Below the pieces are notes generated by a model that did not search any database, was not told the DNA's origin, and saw only the letters and a list, made by a program, of their open reading frames with translations. From NCBI GenBank assembly GCA_048937405.1, contig JBHLNF010000005.1:64001-128000 (forward strand): a DNA stretch of 64,000 nt, given 5' to 3'. The first letter of the stretch is position 1, and the number at the start of each line of letters is the position of its first letter. The position numbers were made by a program, and so were the translations under genes. This document shows positions 48,445 to 59,012 of this stretch, piece after piece. The stretch comes from Promethearchaeota archaeon (GTDB lineage: Archaea; Asgardarchaeota; Lokiarchaeia; Sigyniarchaeales; SOKP01).

Positions 48445-49320
48445 ATGATAAATGAAAAATTAAGAAGATTAATTGATATACTGTTAACGCAATTTTTTAA
48501 AAATATAACTTCTAAATCAGCTGGAAGTTTACTTTTTTATCATATTGTTCTAAGAGGAGGATATGGTATAAACAAATTTTTTTCGTTAAGTGGAGAAAAT
48601 CTCAAACTTTTAGTAAAAAACACCACAAATACGCTAGCATTAAGAGAACTTAACAGATTAATTCGTAAAGCAAAAAATCTAGAAGATATGGTTGATCTTG
48701 GCTTGTCGTTTTACTTTATTCTTCCGGATATCCCCTCTTCATTATTTTATAAAATTCATATAGTTAGTTTTCAGAATAGATTTGAATTGATTGAGTTTTT
48801 AAAATTAATCAAATCAATTAAACCAAAAATAATTCTTGATATAGGAACAGGGATGGGAGGAACACTTTTTTTGTTATCAAGATTTTCAGATCCTGATGCG
48901 CTATTAATATCCGTGGATTTACCAGAAATATCTATAGGAGGACGAAGTTTTCCAAACAATCCTTCCTTTTTTAAAATTTTTGCAAAAAAAAAACAAAAAG
49001 TTGTATTGATAAGGGAGGATTCTCATAAGTTTTCTACATTCAATAGAATTAAAAAAGTATTAAATAATAGAAAAATTGATGTTCTATTTATCGATGGAGA
49101 TCATAGGTATGAAGGATTAAAGCAAGATTTTGAAATGTATAAAACGTTAGTCAAATCTGGTGGATTGGTATGTTTTCATGATATTGTCTCTGGACAATAT
49201 AAAAACGTTGGTGATGTACCACATTTCTGGGATAATATTCGAAAAGAATTTAACTTTAAGGAGATAGTTGAAAACTGGAATCAAGGAGGATTCGGTATTG
49301 GAATTCTCTTCATTGAATAA
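48445..49320 (+). CDS. class I SAM methyltransferase (Methyltransf_24-like; paralog of 21448)
   Basis: ILDIGTGMGGTLFL, SVDLP, FIDGDHRYEG.K.DFEMY, FHDIV, GIG; ATG 48445. Confidence 0.88.
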   Translation: MINEKLRRLIDILLTQFFKNITSKSAGSLLFYHIVLRGGYGINKFFSLSGENLKLLVKNTTNTLALRELNRLIRKAKNLEDMVDLGLSFYFILPDIPSSLFYKIHIVSFQNRFELIEFLKLIKSIKPKIILDIGTGMGGTLFLLSRFSDPDALLISVDLPEISIGGRSFPNNPSFFKIFAKKKQKVVLIREDSHKFSTFNRIKKVLNNRKIDVLFIDGDHRYEGLKQDFEMYKTLVKSGGLVCFHDIVSGQYKNVGDVPHFWDNIRKEFNFKEIVENWNQGGFGIGILFIE

Positions 49321-49556
49321 TTGTTAGTTTCTTAATTTTAATAGTGAAAATCTAAAGGGTTTAACGAAAAACGAACAAAAAGGAGGTAAATTTATACTGC
49401 AAAGTTAAGTTTTCCAAGTTATAAATTCCTTTGAAGAAGATATTTAAAAGTCAAAAAAATTTCTGAAAACCTAACACGAAATATTTAATACCTTTTTTCT
49501 CGTTATAAGCTTTTTAATTACTGGATTTATCAAATTCCAAAATATAAAGATTAGGC

Positions 49557-50540
49557 TCAAAAAGTCTGGATCTTTTTTTTAATATAATAAAAATCTGAAA
49601 TGATATATTTCACACATGATCGATTTGTTCTTCTCTTAATACCTATTCTAAATCCTTGCCAAATAGAATTAAGCCTTATAATAATAGATTTAAACTTTCC
49701 TGTAATGAAATTTAAAAGAATTATTGTTAAATTCATTACAGAGAAAATGTAATAAAAAAATAAAATATCAATGAATTTTGCATGTTTCCAAACAAGTATT
49801 TGGGAATTTCTAGTAAAGAGGTGATTATTAAAAATCATTCTTTTCTCATTAATAATTCGTGGAATATTATGATATATAATTGTTGTCGGAACATAATATG
49901 ATTTATATCCCTTCTTCTGAGCTCGTAAATTCCAATCTGGATCTTCATGATACATAAAAAAGATTTCATCCATTAAACCAATTTCATCTAATACTTTTTT
50001 ATTTATAAAGACAGCTGTACCAGGAGCAAACCCTATAGTTTCGATCCTATTGTATTTTTTGTTATATGGATCGTATTCTAGATAACCCCGATTTCCCACA
50101 ACAATAGCTGATCTAAAGTTAAGAAATGCACCTGTATTCCATAAAATCTTTTTGTTTTTATAAATTTTAATCTTAGGAGTAATCATTCCCGCGTTTGGAT
50201 GAGTTTCTAAAAATTTTACCATTTTTTCAATAAAATCAGAACTAACAATTGTATCATAATTTAATAAACATATATAATCTCCATTACTCAATTTTATAGC
50301 TTTATTACTACCGCTAACAAAATATAAATTAATATTACTTCTTATTAAATTAATTTTGAGGTTATTTTCGAATTTTTCCAGTTTATTCTTGAGATCTAAA
50401 TATAAATTATATTTAGAACCATTATCTAAAATAACTATCTCAAAATTTTTGTAGGTTTGATTCTTTAGTGACTTTAAACAATCTATTGTATGACTATATT
50501 GATTATAATTTAAAATTATTACTGATACTAATTTTTTCAT
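49557..50540 (-). CDS. glycosyltransferase family 2
   Basis: VSVIILNYN, LDNGS, LLNYD, FFMYHEDPDWNLR. Confidence 0.9.
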   Translation of the reverse strand: MKKLVSVIILNYNQYSHTIDCLKSLKNQTYKNFEIVILDNGSKYNLYLDLKNKLEKFENNLKINLIRSNINLYFVSGSNKAIKLSNGDYICLLNYDTIVSSDFIEKMVKFLETHPNAGMITPKIKIYKNKKILWNTGAFLNFRSAIVVGNRGYLEYDPYNKKYNRIETIGFAPGTAVFINKKVLDEIGLMDEIFFMYHEDPDWNLRAQKKGYKSYYVPTTIIYHNIPRIINEKRMIFNNHLFTRNSQILVWKHAKFIDILFFYYIFSVMNLTIILLNFITGKFKSIIIRLNSIWQGFRIGIKRRTNRSCVKYIISDFYYIKKKIQTF

Positions 50541-50637
50541 GAAAATATCTTTTTATTATATTTATGATTATTTTTCAATTCTGTAATTTGTGAATATTCA
50601 TTAATATTATTTATCAAATTTTTATTATCTTTATAGA

Positions 50638-51624
50638 TTATAGTTTTTGAAGGTTTTGAGCATAATGATAATCGTTAAGAAGATATTTTTCACAAGATCT
50701 ATTAGTTCTTCTTTTAATACCTATTCTAAATCCATGGTATATTGAATTAAATTGAACTAAATGGATTTTTTTCTTTCTTCTGATAAAATAATAAAAAGTG
50801 TCAATAATATTCATATAGAAATACAAGAAATAAAAAATTAAAATAACTCTTAATTTTGCATACTTCCAGATTAGTATTTGAGAATTTCTTTTAAAAAAGT
50901 AATATGTAAATAAAGAACCTCTTTTTTTAACATCAAGAGGAACATTATGATAAACTGTTGTTGTTGGAACGTAAAAACTTTTATATCCTTTCATTTGAGC
51001 TCTTAAATTCCAATCTGGATCTTCATGATACATCATAAAAATCTCATCGATTAGTCCAATATCATTAATTATCTTCTTTCTTAGAAACAGAGCTGTGCCC
51101 GGAGCAAAATCTATTTGCTCAATCTTATTATATTTTTTATTACTTGGGTCATATTCTAAAAATCCACGATTATTCACTATTTGAGTAGATTTAAAATTAA
51201 TAAACGCCCCAGCATTCCATATAAATCGTTTATCTTCATAAAATTTAATTTTAGGTGTAATAAAACCAACATTAGGATTATTTTTTAAAAATTCTACCAT
51301 TTTTTCTATAAAATCTGCTTCTGCAATAATATCATTATTTAATAAACAGATGTATTTTCCATTTGACAATCTTATAGCTTTATTATTCCCTGCCCCGAAA
51401 TATAAGTTCTTATTGTTCCTAATTAAATTTATATTTAATAAATGTTTAAACTGATTCAATTCCTCTTTCAATTTTAGAAATAAACTATAATTCGAACCAT
51501 TATCAACAAGTAAAACTTCAAAATTTCTATAAGTTTGATTTTTTAATGATTCCAAACAATTAATTGTAAATATATTATTATTAAAATTCACTATTATTAC
51601 AGAGACTAATTCTTCCATAAGCAA
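50638..51624 (-). CDS. glycosyltransferase family 2 (tandem paralog of 49557)
   Basis: VSVIIVNFN, VDNGS, LLNND, MYHEDPDWNLR, shared GIKRRTNRSC tail. Confidence 0.9.
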   Translation of the reverse strand: MLMEELVSVIIVNFNNNIFTINCLESLKNQTYRNFEVLLVDNGSNYSLFLKLKEELNQFKHLLNINLIRNNKNLYFGAGNNKAIRLSNGKYICLLNNDIIAEADFIEKMVEFLKNNPNVGFITPKIKFYEDKRFIWNAGAFINFKSTQIVNNRGFLEYDPSNKKYNKIEQIDFAPGTALFLRKKIINDIGLIDEIFMMYHEDPDWNLRAQMKGYKSFYVPTTTVYHNVPLDVKKRGSLFTYYFFKRNSQILIWKYAKLRVILIFYFLYFYMNIIDTFYYFIRRKKKIHLVQFNSIYHGFRIGIKRRTNRSCEKYLLNDYHYAQNLQKL

Positions 51625-51899
51625 ATTTAATAGTAAATAAGATGTTAGTTGAGTTTGAAAGAGTATGAAAAAACTTAAATTTTTCCGGATTTAGTGAATT
51701 TCAATATCAAGTCACTAAAGAGCAGTTTTTAATAAAATTAGGAATTAAAATTAACCTTAAATTGACATCTGTAGAACATTATTCAATTTTAATAAATCGA
51801 TTCATATTATTATTAATTTCGAAGAATGAATAATTTTTTTAAAAAAGATAAATTAGATTAAAAAATAAATTTTAAGAGTTTATGTGTTGAGTTTAAGAG

Positions 51900-53453
51900 C
51901 TGTCGCTTCCAAATATCGTTCTGGTTATTTTAGATTCGCTAAGAGCAGATAAAATAAATAGCACTCATAATGGTAAATTATTAACTCCAAATATTAATAA
52001 ATTACTCAATAATTCATTATACTTTAAAAACTGTATTTCAAATAGCACATGGACATTACCTTCTCATTTATCTATGTTTACAGGGTTATATCCTACTCAA
52101 ATTAAATTAACTGGCAAAAATCTTGATAAATTAAGTCAAAAAGTTCCTGTATTAACAGAATTATTGAAAGATCAGGGATATTATACTATTTGTTATACTG
52201 AAAATCCATGGATTAATAGCTATTTTAGAGTAACAAGAGGATTTCATAGGATTTTCTATAATTTTGGTTTATCATTTTTTAATTTAAGCAAAAATAAAAT
52301 TGTAAATTCATTGAAATTGTTATTAGAATTTTTTGAGAAATATGTTGTTATGAAGATTAAATCTAAGCGGTTATTAGATTCATGGGGAATGTATAAACTG
52401 ATAATTGACCAAATGAATAAGAGAATAATACGATCTATAACTTGGAAAAGATTTTTATGTGACTATAAAAACACAATTAATCTTCTAAACAAGCTTAAAC
52501 ACATAATATTAAATTACTCAAATGAGAAACCCTTTTATCTTTTTTTGAATATCATGGCAACTCATTCTCCATATATTCCTATCAAAAAAGCTTTAGATTA
52601 TCTACAAATCACAACTAAAGATCTTAAAGTATTAAAACACATTCTTTTAAATCCAACATTTTTTAATCTCCGTATAAACGTAAGAGGTAAATCTTTAACT
52701 GAAAAACAGACAAAAACACTTCAGAAATTATATGATTCGTGTGTATATTACTGTGATTTAATTATTGAAAAATTGATTTCAATCTTCAAAAAATTAGAGT
52801 TATTAGATAATACTTATATAATAATTACTTCTGATCATGGAGATCATCTCTGTTCAGAATTCGATAATTATTTATATGGTCATGGGGTTTATCAAAGTGT
52901 TTATGATTCACTAATTAAAGTACCACTTATAATTTATAAACCCAACTTGAAGGAGGGAATAATAGACCATCAAGTTGAATTAAAAGATTTATTTCATACG
53001 ATACTCCATTTAACGGGATTTTTTAAGGATAATAATGAGTATTTTGACCTTAAAAAATCAATATTATATCAAATTAATAATAATTTAACCCCTAAATATA
53101 TATTTGGAGAAAATTTAAAATCAAAAAAGGAAACAAGAACGTTAGTTCGCTCATTTAAAAGGTACATCAACCCCTCTTTAATTCAAAAATTAACCAACAA
53201 TATTCATTTTCTTCGCTCAAATTCTTTTAAATACATAAGCTATGAAGAAAAGGTTGAAGAATTTTATGATTTAATAAATGATCCTTTCGAAAAAACAAAT
53301 ATAATCTCGGATAATCATGAAGAATATTTGAAAATGAAATTATTTTTAGAGGAACATCTAAAATATATAAAGAATCCAAAGAATTTGGCTGAAATACTAA
53401 CTAAAAAAGAAAAATTAGTCCTTAGAAGAGTTATGAAAAATATAAAAATTTAG
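51900..53453 (+). CDS. sulfatase-like hydrolase/transferase (alkaline phosphatase superfamily)
   Basis: frame open from CTG 51900: SLPNIVLVILDSLRAD...TPNI...WTLPSHLSMFTG; THSPY, SDHGD, YDL.NDP.E. Confidence 0.85.
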   Translation: MSLPNIVLVILDSLRADKINSTHNGKLLTPNINKLLNNSLYFKNCISNSTWTLPSHLSMFTGLYPTQIKLTGKNLDKLSQKVPVLTELLKDQGYYTICYTENPWINSYFRVTRGFHRIFYNFGLSFFNLSKNKIVNSLKLLLEFFEKYVVMKIKSKRLLDSWGMYKLIIDQMNKRIIRSITWKRFLCDYKNTINLLNKLKHIILNYSNEKPFYLFLNIMATHSPYIPIKKALDYLQITTKDLKVLKHILLNPTFFNLRINVRGKSLTEKQTKTLQKLYDSCVYYCDLIIEKLISIFKKLELLDNTYIIITSDHGDHLCSEFDNYLYGHGVYQSVYDSLIKVPLIIYKPNLKEGIIDHQVELKDLFHTILHLTGFFKDNNEYFDLKKSILYQINNNLTPKYIFGENLKSKKETRTLVRSFKRYINPSLIQKLTNNIHFLRSNSFKYISYEEKVEEFYDLINDPFEKTNIISDNHEEYLKMKLFLEEHLKYIKNPKNLAEILTKKEKLVLRRVMKNIKI

Positions 53454-53505
53454 GATCAAACACTTAAAAAATAATGTTCAAATTTAATACGTAAACTTTA
53501 CATCA

Positions 53506-53676
53506 TTAATAATTAGAAAAGACCTTCATTTTTAGATATATATTATCTTTCGACATATTATCAATAAGCAAAACTTCAAAGTCTTTATAGGTTTGTCTCT
53601 CTAATGATTTTAAGCATTCTATAGTATACTTATAATTATTATAATTAATTATTACTACAGAAACTAATTTTTCCAA
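53506..53676 (-). pseudogene. truncated GT2 (third copy of the 49557/50638 family)
   Basis: my translation: MEKLVSVVIINYNNYKYTIECLKSLERQTYKDFEVLLIDN..., stop after 56 aa. Confidence 0.8.
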
Positions 53677-53901
53677 GTTGAAATCCTTAATATATTAGTT
53701 TTGTTTTTAATTTGACAACATTGAAATTTCTTAAATTTTTCTAATTAGAAAATTTATACTTTTAAGATTAGACTGTATAGCTAATTCTAAATCTCAGATT
53801 TATTTGAATAAAATTAAAATCTAATCATAATTTTAAATCATTAGTAAAAAAATGAAAAAAAGATTGAAATAAGTATCAAATATAAAAGCTAATTTATTAA
53901 T

Positions 53902-54723
53902 ATGATAAAATCTAAAGCTATAAAAGAAAATTTATCACAGATTTTTGCTTTAACTGAAAAAAATATTAAATTAGCATTACGATATAAATTAGGTTTAGTT
54001 TTGTCCTACATTAACCATATAATCGCTATTTTTACACCACTTGTAATAATGTATAATATATTTGATTTTAGAGTTAGTTTAGGCTTTTGGACAATTCAAA
54101 ATTTCATTTTATATCAATTCATTGCGTATAATATAATGCTGATGTCAGGAATAGTTAATACTTTTCCTAATCAATTTCTTGGAGAAAAATATTGGAAAAC
54201 TTTACCTGCTTTGATAATTGGGCCTTTCAACAGGTTCAATCTTTTATTTGGGATATTCTTTTCTCATTTAGCATTAATTTCTTTCCCATTTATTATTTTT
54301 TTTATTTTAGGTATAATTTGGGAACCTATTTCAATAATTACAATAATTTTGATTCTTTGTATATTCTTTTTAATAGCACTAATCTTTAGTGGGATAGGTT
54401 TAATTCTTGGAATATTTGCTATTTCAAATGAAAATATATGGAATATTTTATCATTTTTATTATTATTTGTTTTTTGGTTTAGTTGCATTACATATCCTTT
54501 TGAAGTTTTTCCAGAATTTATCCAGAAAATAATTAATTTGAATCCGTTTTATTATATATTTGATTTTTTACGTATAACTTGGATTCAAAATAATATAATA
54601 ATTACAATTCAGAATTACTTTTTCCACTTTATTGTTTTGATATGTACATCAATAATTCTGCCCTTTATAGGTGTTTTTCTTTTTAATCTAGTTTATAAAA
54701 AATATGGAATAACTGGTTATTAA
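53902..54723 (+). CDS. ABC-2 type exporter permease (paralog of 17863)
   Basis: same length (273 aa); EKYWKTLPALI..PFNRF, FAISNEN, WFSCI.YPF shared with 17863. Confidence 0.85.
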   Translation: MIKSKAIKENLSQIFALTEKNIKLALRYKLGLVLSYINHIIAIFTPLVIMYNIFDFRVSLGFWTIQNFILYQFIAYNIMLMSGIVNTFPNQFLGEKYWKTLPALIIGPFNRFNLLFGIFFSHLALISFPFIIFFILGIIWEPISIITIILILCIFFLIALIFSGIGLILGIFAISNENIWNILSFLLLFVFWFSCITYPFEVFPEFIQKIINLNPFYYIFDFLRITWIQNNIIITIQNYFFHFIVLICTSIILPFIGVFLFNLVYKKYGITGY

Positions 54724-54728
54724 TTAAA

Positions 54729-55646
54729 ATGAATAAAATAATCGAAGCTGTGGATTTATCAAAAAAATATAAATTAAAACGTCCTTGGAAAGTTCTTTTA
54801 GCCCTAGATAAAATAAACCTTTCTATTAACAATGGGGAAATTTTTGGTTTATTAGGTCCAAATGGAGCTGGTAAAACTACATTAATAGAAATACTAACCA
54901 CAATAAAACAACCTTCAAGTGGTTATGCAACAATTAAAGGTTATGATGTATTAACACAACCCAAAAAAATAAAACCTTTGATTGGATTAATGCTTGCTGG
55001 TGAAATGCTTTATCACAGAATAACGGGATATGATAATTTAAAATTTTTCTGCAAGATATATAAAATTCCATCATACAAAGAAAAAATCCAAGAAATATCA
55101 GAAGAATTTGGTCTTACTAAATGGCTTGATCAATATGTTGAATATTTCTCAAGTGGAATGAAAATGAAATTAGCATTATGTAGAACTTTATTATTGGAAC
55201 GTGAAATTTTATTTTTAGACGAACCAACCTTAGGTTTAGATGTAAAATCAAAGAGTTTTATTATAGAAAAAATAAAAAATTTAGACAAAACAATATTTTT
55301 AACGAGTCATGATATGAGTGTAGTAGAAAAGTTATGCGATCGTGTTGCTTTTATTAATTCAGGTAGAATTTTGAAAATTGGAAACAAAAATGAAGTAAAA
55401 ATGCTTAAAGAATCAGAAGTTAAAGTATATATAGATATAAAAGATAATAAATCTGAACTAAAAAGAATTTTAATAAATCAGAATTTTATAAAAGAGGTAT
55501 TTGAAAAGAATCAAGGCTTAGTTATCACTTTAAATGAAAGAGAGGATTATACAAATTTATTAAAATCTTTATCTAAATTTAAAATACTGAGAATAAGTGA
55601 ACCAGATCTGTCTCTTGAAGAATTATTCCTAAGATTAATTGATTAA
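54729..55646 (+). CDS. ABC exporter ATP-binding protein (paralog of 18686)
   Basis: same length (305 aa); GPNGAGKTT, FSSGM, FLDEPTLGLD. Confidence 0.93.
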   Translation: MNKIIEAVDLSKKYKLKRPWKVLLALDKINLSINNGEIFGLLGPNGAGKTTLIEILTTIKQPSSGYATIKGYDVLTQPKKIKPLIGLMLAGEMLYHRITGYDNLKFFCKIYKIPSYKEKIQEISEEFGLTKWLDQYVEYFSSGMKMKLALCRTLLLEREILFLDEPTLGLDVKSKSFIIEKIKNLDKTIFLTSHDMSVVEKLCDRVAFINSGRILKIGNKNEVKMLKESEVKVYIDIKDNKSELKRILINQNFIKEVFEKNQGLVITLNEREDYTNLLKSLSKFKILRISEPDLSLEELFLRLID

Positions 55647-55741
55647 TAAAAAAAAATTATAAAAATAAATTAGTAAAGCTATTTATTGGAACAAGTCTTG
55701 GTACAATGTATATTTGAAAATCAAGACCTACCTTTTTTATA

Positions 55742-56827
55742 TCATTTTTTGTCTTGTTCTATATTTAATCCATAATAAGTAAGTACTTTTCTAATTCCAT
55801 TCTCAAGACTTTGAACACATAAAAAAATGATAGGATAAAAAGCCATAAATATCAATCCATGTGTGGCAAATGCTAAAAATATTTGTGAATAAACTAAAAT
55901 AATAAAGATTCCATAAATTTTTACCCATCTAATAATATTTTTTCTTTTGTTAAATATAATAAAAAATAACATCATTTCCCAAATACCTATTGTATACCTA
56001 AATAAGCCATTTTCTTTGAATAAATCCTCCAATCTAAATTCAATAAATCCTTTTATCATACCAAGTGAGAAATATTCATTTCCACCATAAAGCGTGTACC
56101 AATTAGGATGATTTGAAATAAGATCTGGTCTCGTTAATGTTCTTAATAAAATAAAGATTACAAGTCCAGGAAGAATATAAATAATTAGTTTAAAAAGTTT
56201 ATCGAATACTTCTTTATAATTATTAAAATTTTGCTTTTGATTAAAAAAATTGTAAAGAATAAAGACCGGAATTGAGAATATGGCACTTTCTTTTGTTAAT
56301 ATTCCAAGACATAAAAAAAGACCATAAAGTTTTTTATTATCTTTTAATATGCAATAAAAGGAACATATTAAAAATAAATATCCTGGAAGATCTACCATAT
56401 AAATGAAAGCAAAAGCGTTGACTAAAAATTCAAATTTTGGTAATGTAATGCTCCAGAACAAAAAAAAGCCTATAAGAGAAAATGCCTTATTAAAATGAAT
56501 TCTAAGTGTAAAATAGAGCATTATTCCTGTTAAATAAAAAGATATAAATCCAATTAATGCAAACTCTAAAACAAAATCAAATGGTAATATTTCTACAATA
56601 AAGGGAATTAATACCCTATAACAATATGGTTGAACTATCTCTTTTTTAAAAATGATTGTGATATCTTTAGACATTTCAACATAACAATAAAAATCATCAT
56701 AATTAACACCAGTGTATTCAGTAATACCAGTTCTAATTCGGATTAAAATTAAATAAATTAAGAAGTAAGAAAAAACAACTATTTCAATAAAATATTTTCT
56801 AAGAAAATTAGATTTTATAATCTTCAT
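55742..56827 (-). CDS. polytopic membrane protein, GT-C-like
   Basis: TM1 followed by YDDFYCY, PYCYRVLIP, VD, G..TKES; many TM segments. Confidence 0.5.
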   Translation of the reverse strand: MKIIKSNFLRKYFIEIVVFSYFLIYLILIRIRTGITEYTGVNYDDFYCYVEMSKDITIIFKKEIVQPYCYRVLIPFIVEILPFDFVLEFALIGFISFYLTGIMLYFTLRIHFNKAFSLIGFFLFWSITLPKFEFLVNAFAFIYMVDLPGYLFLICSFYCILKDNKKLYGLFLCLGILTKESAIFSIPVFILYNFFNQKQNFNNYKEVFDKLFKLIIYILPGLVIFILLRTLTRPDLISNHPNWYTLYGGNEYFSLGMIKGFIEFRLEDLFKENGLFRYTIGIWEMMLFFIIFNKRKNIIRWVKIYGIFIILVYSQIFLAFATHGLIFMAFYPIIFLCVQSLENGIRKVLTYYGLNIEQDKK

Positions 56828-56979
56828 TAATATTAATTATAAAAAAAAAGAAATAATTAGAATTTTTCTAAGATTATCAACTAAACTTGAAATTTGTTAT
56901 AGAAAGATATATTATTAATTTATATAGAATTTAAAAGTTTAAGTTATAAACTTAAATAAAAAAAACAGAGTGAATTTTT

Positions 56980-57735
56980 ATTAAAGGCGTTATTTTAGCT
57001 GGGGGTTTTGGAACACGTTTATCACCACTTACAAAGGTTACCAATAAGCATCTATTACCTATCTATAACGAACCCATGATATATAAGGTTATTAAAACGC
57101 TTACAACTTCTGGTATAAAAGACATTACTATAGTGCTTGGTGGCGAAAGTGTTGGGGATTTTATTAGATTGCTAGGAGATGGTTCAGATTTTAATGCAAA
57201 TTTTAGTTATGTTTATCAGCAAGGAGCAGGAGGAATTGCTGAAGCTTTATATTTAACTAAAAAAATAGTGAAAAGTCATAAAATTGCTGTTATCTTAGGA
57301 GATAATATTTTTGAAAATTGTTTTACTGATGAGGTTATCCAATTCGAAAATACAAGTGAATATGGTTGTTTTTTATTTTTAAAAGAGGTTCCTGATCCTA
57401 GTAGATTTGGCGTTGCTGAATTGAATGAAAAAGCAGAAATTATTAATATAATAGAAAAACCAGAGAAACCAAAAACCCATTTATGTGTCACTGGACTTTA
57501 TTTTTACGACGAATATATATTTGAAATTATAGAAAAAGTAATCAATGAAATTGGATATTCAGAGAGAGGAGAGTTAGAGATTACAGATGTTAATAATTAT
57601 TATATAAAAACTGGAAAGACGAAAACCAAAATAGTGAAAGGGTTTTGGTCTGATGCGGGAACATTTGAAACTTTATTAAAATGCTGTAATTTTGAAAGTG
57701 AATTTACTAAAAGGGAAAAGGATCTATACCCTTAA
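56980..57735 (+). CDS. rmlA: glucose-1-phosphate thymidylyltransferase / sugar-phosphate nucleotidyltransferase
   Basis: frame open upstream of 57076: (I)KGVILAGGFGTRLSPLTKVTNKHLLPIY; LGDN, EKP, SERGELEITD, W.DAGT. Confidence 0.85.
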   Translation: MKGVILAGGFGTRLSPLTKVTNKHLLPIYNEPMIYKVIKTLTTSGIKDITIVLGGESVGDFIRLLGDGSDFNANFSYVYQQGAGGIAEALYLTKKIVKSHKIAVILGDNIFENCFTDEVIQFENTSEYGCFLFLKEVPDPSRFGVAELNEKAEIINIIEKPEKPKTHLCVTGLYFYDEYIFEIIEKVINEIGYSERGELEITDVNNYYIKTGKTKTKIVKGFWSDAGTFETLLKCCNFESEFTKREKDLYP

Positions 57736-57935
57736 AGATATATACCTTTAAACACATCGGGAGAACAATTTATTATATCCGTCGTAATCAGTTCAATTTG
57801 GTCCTTAAAAGGTTCTATATACTCATCTCCAAACCAAAGAGTGTCTAAGCATGTTAATTTTTGTCCTTTATCAAGAAGCGGTGGGATTATTTGAACATCA
57901 ACAGAACCTGCGCCTCCAAGAACCATTAAATTCAT
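57732..57935 (-). pseudogene. N-terminal fragment of an NAD-dependent epimerase (degenerate copy of 57984)
   Basis: MNLMVLGGAGSV...LDTLWFGDEYIEPFKD aligns to MKILVTGGCGFV...LDLLLFGEEPIESFKD; only 67 aa, ends at the rmlA 3' end. Confidence 0.75.
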
Positions 57936-57983
57936 AGTTATTCAAATTGTTCTTTAGTTTTTCAAAGTAGAACCGAAGAAAAA

Positions 57984-58967
57984 TTAGATTTGATCTGTTT
58001 CAATCAAATATTTATACCAATTAAGATTAATCGTTTTATCAGTTTTTTCGATTTGCCCACTCTCAAGCGACTTAGTAATTTCTTTTGCTGCATCGGTTAC
58101 CGTATAATTTGGTTTGAAATTTAGTGTATCCCTCAATTTATCAAAATTAACTTTATAAGATCTTTTATCTGGCTGTCCATACCATTTTGGATTGTAATCA
58201 CCTAACACGGTAATCGCCAACTCCTCCGCAAGAGCTTGAATTTGATAATTCTGGTCATTAGAACCTATATTGAAAATCTCGTTATCAACAAGTTCCTTAT
58301 CAGCTTCCATTATCTTTCTAATTGCTTGACCCACATCTCTAACATGAATATTTGGTCTCCACTGTGTTCCAGGTTTCATAACATTGACTTCTTTTGTGTT
58401 ATATAATGCATACGTCATACCGTTTACAACTAAATCAAAACGCATTTTTGGAGAAAACCCGTACATAGTAGCTGGTCTCATTATCGTAACACAAAAATCT
58501 TTATCGCTTAGTTTCAAAAGTTCTTTCTCAGCTTTTAATTTAGAATCACCGTAAGCCTCTAATGGCTTCGGCTCTGTAGTTTCATATATTACCTCTTTCT
58601 GATAACCATATACGCTACAAGTAGATGCAAATATGAATCTTTCAACACCAGCTTCCTTAGAATACTCCGCTACTCTGGTACAACCATTAAGGTTTATTTC
58701 ATAAAAGAGGTTTTGTGGTATTCGTTTGAGTTCATCTGGTTGCGAAAGTGCAGCTAAATGGATAACAATGTCAATATCATCTAAAATTGATGGATTGAAA
58801 TTTCTTATATCTTCTTTTATAATTTCCACATCATCCTTAAAGGATTCTATAGGTTCTTCTCCAAATAATAGCAAGTCTAAAATTTTAACTTGATATCCAT
58901 TTTCTAAAAGTAGAGGTACTATTGAGCATCCTACAAATCCACATCCACCAGTAACTAAAATTTTCAT
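57984..58967 (-). CDS. NAD-dependent nucleotide-sugar epimerase/dehydratase
   Basis: VTGGCGFVG, HLAALS, ASTCSVYG, YGDSK, SPKMRFDLVVN. Confidence 0.9.
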   Translation of the reverse strand: MKILVTGGCGFVGCSIVPLLLENGYQVKILDLLLFGEEPIESFKDDVEIIKEDIRNFNPSILDDIDIVIHLAALSQPDELKRIPQNLFYEINLNGCTRVAEYSKEAGVERFIFASTCSVYGYQKEVIYETTEPKPLEAYGDSKLKAEKELLKLSDKDFCVTIMRPATMYGFSPKMRFDLVVNGMTYALYNTKEVNVMKPGTQWRPNIHVRDVGQAIRKIMEADKELVDNEIFNIGSNDQNYQIQALAEELAITVLGDYNPKWYGQPDKRSYKVNFDKLRDTLNFKPNYTVTDAAKEITKSLESGQIEKTDKTINLNWYKYLIETDQI

Positions 58968-59012
58968 ATCTAATTCTCCTTTTTTAGGTTTTTTATGTTA
59001 TAAAATTGAGAT

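Noticed and set aside
49330-49540. Possible methyltransferase remnant on the minus strand (KKVLNISC*)
   Set aside because: A single weak motif; not supportable
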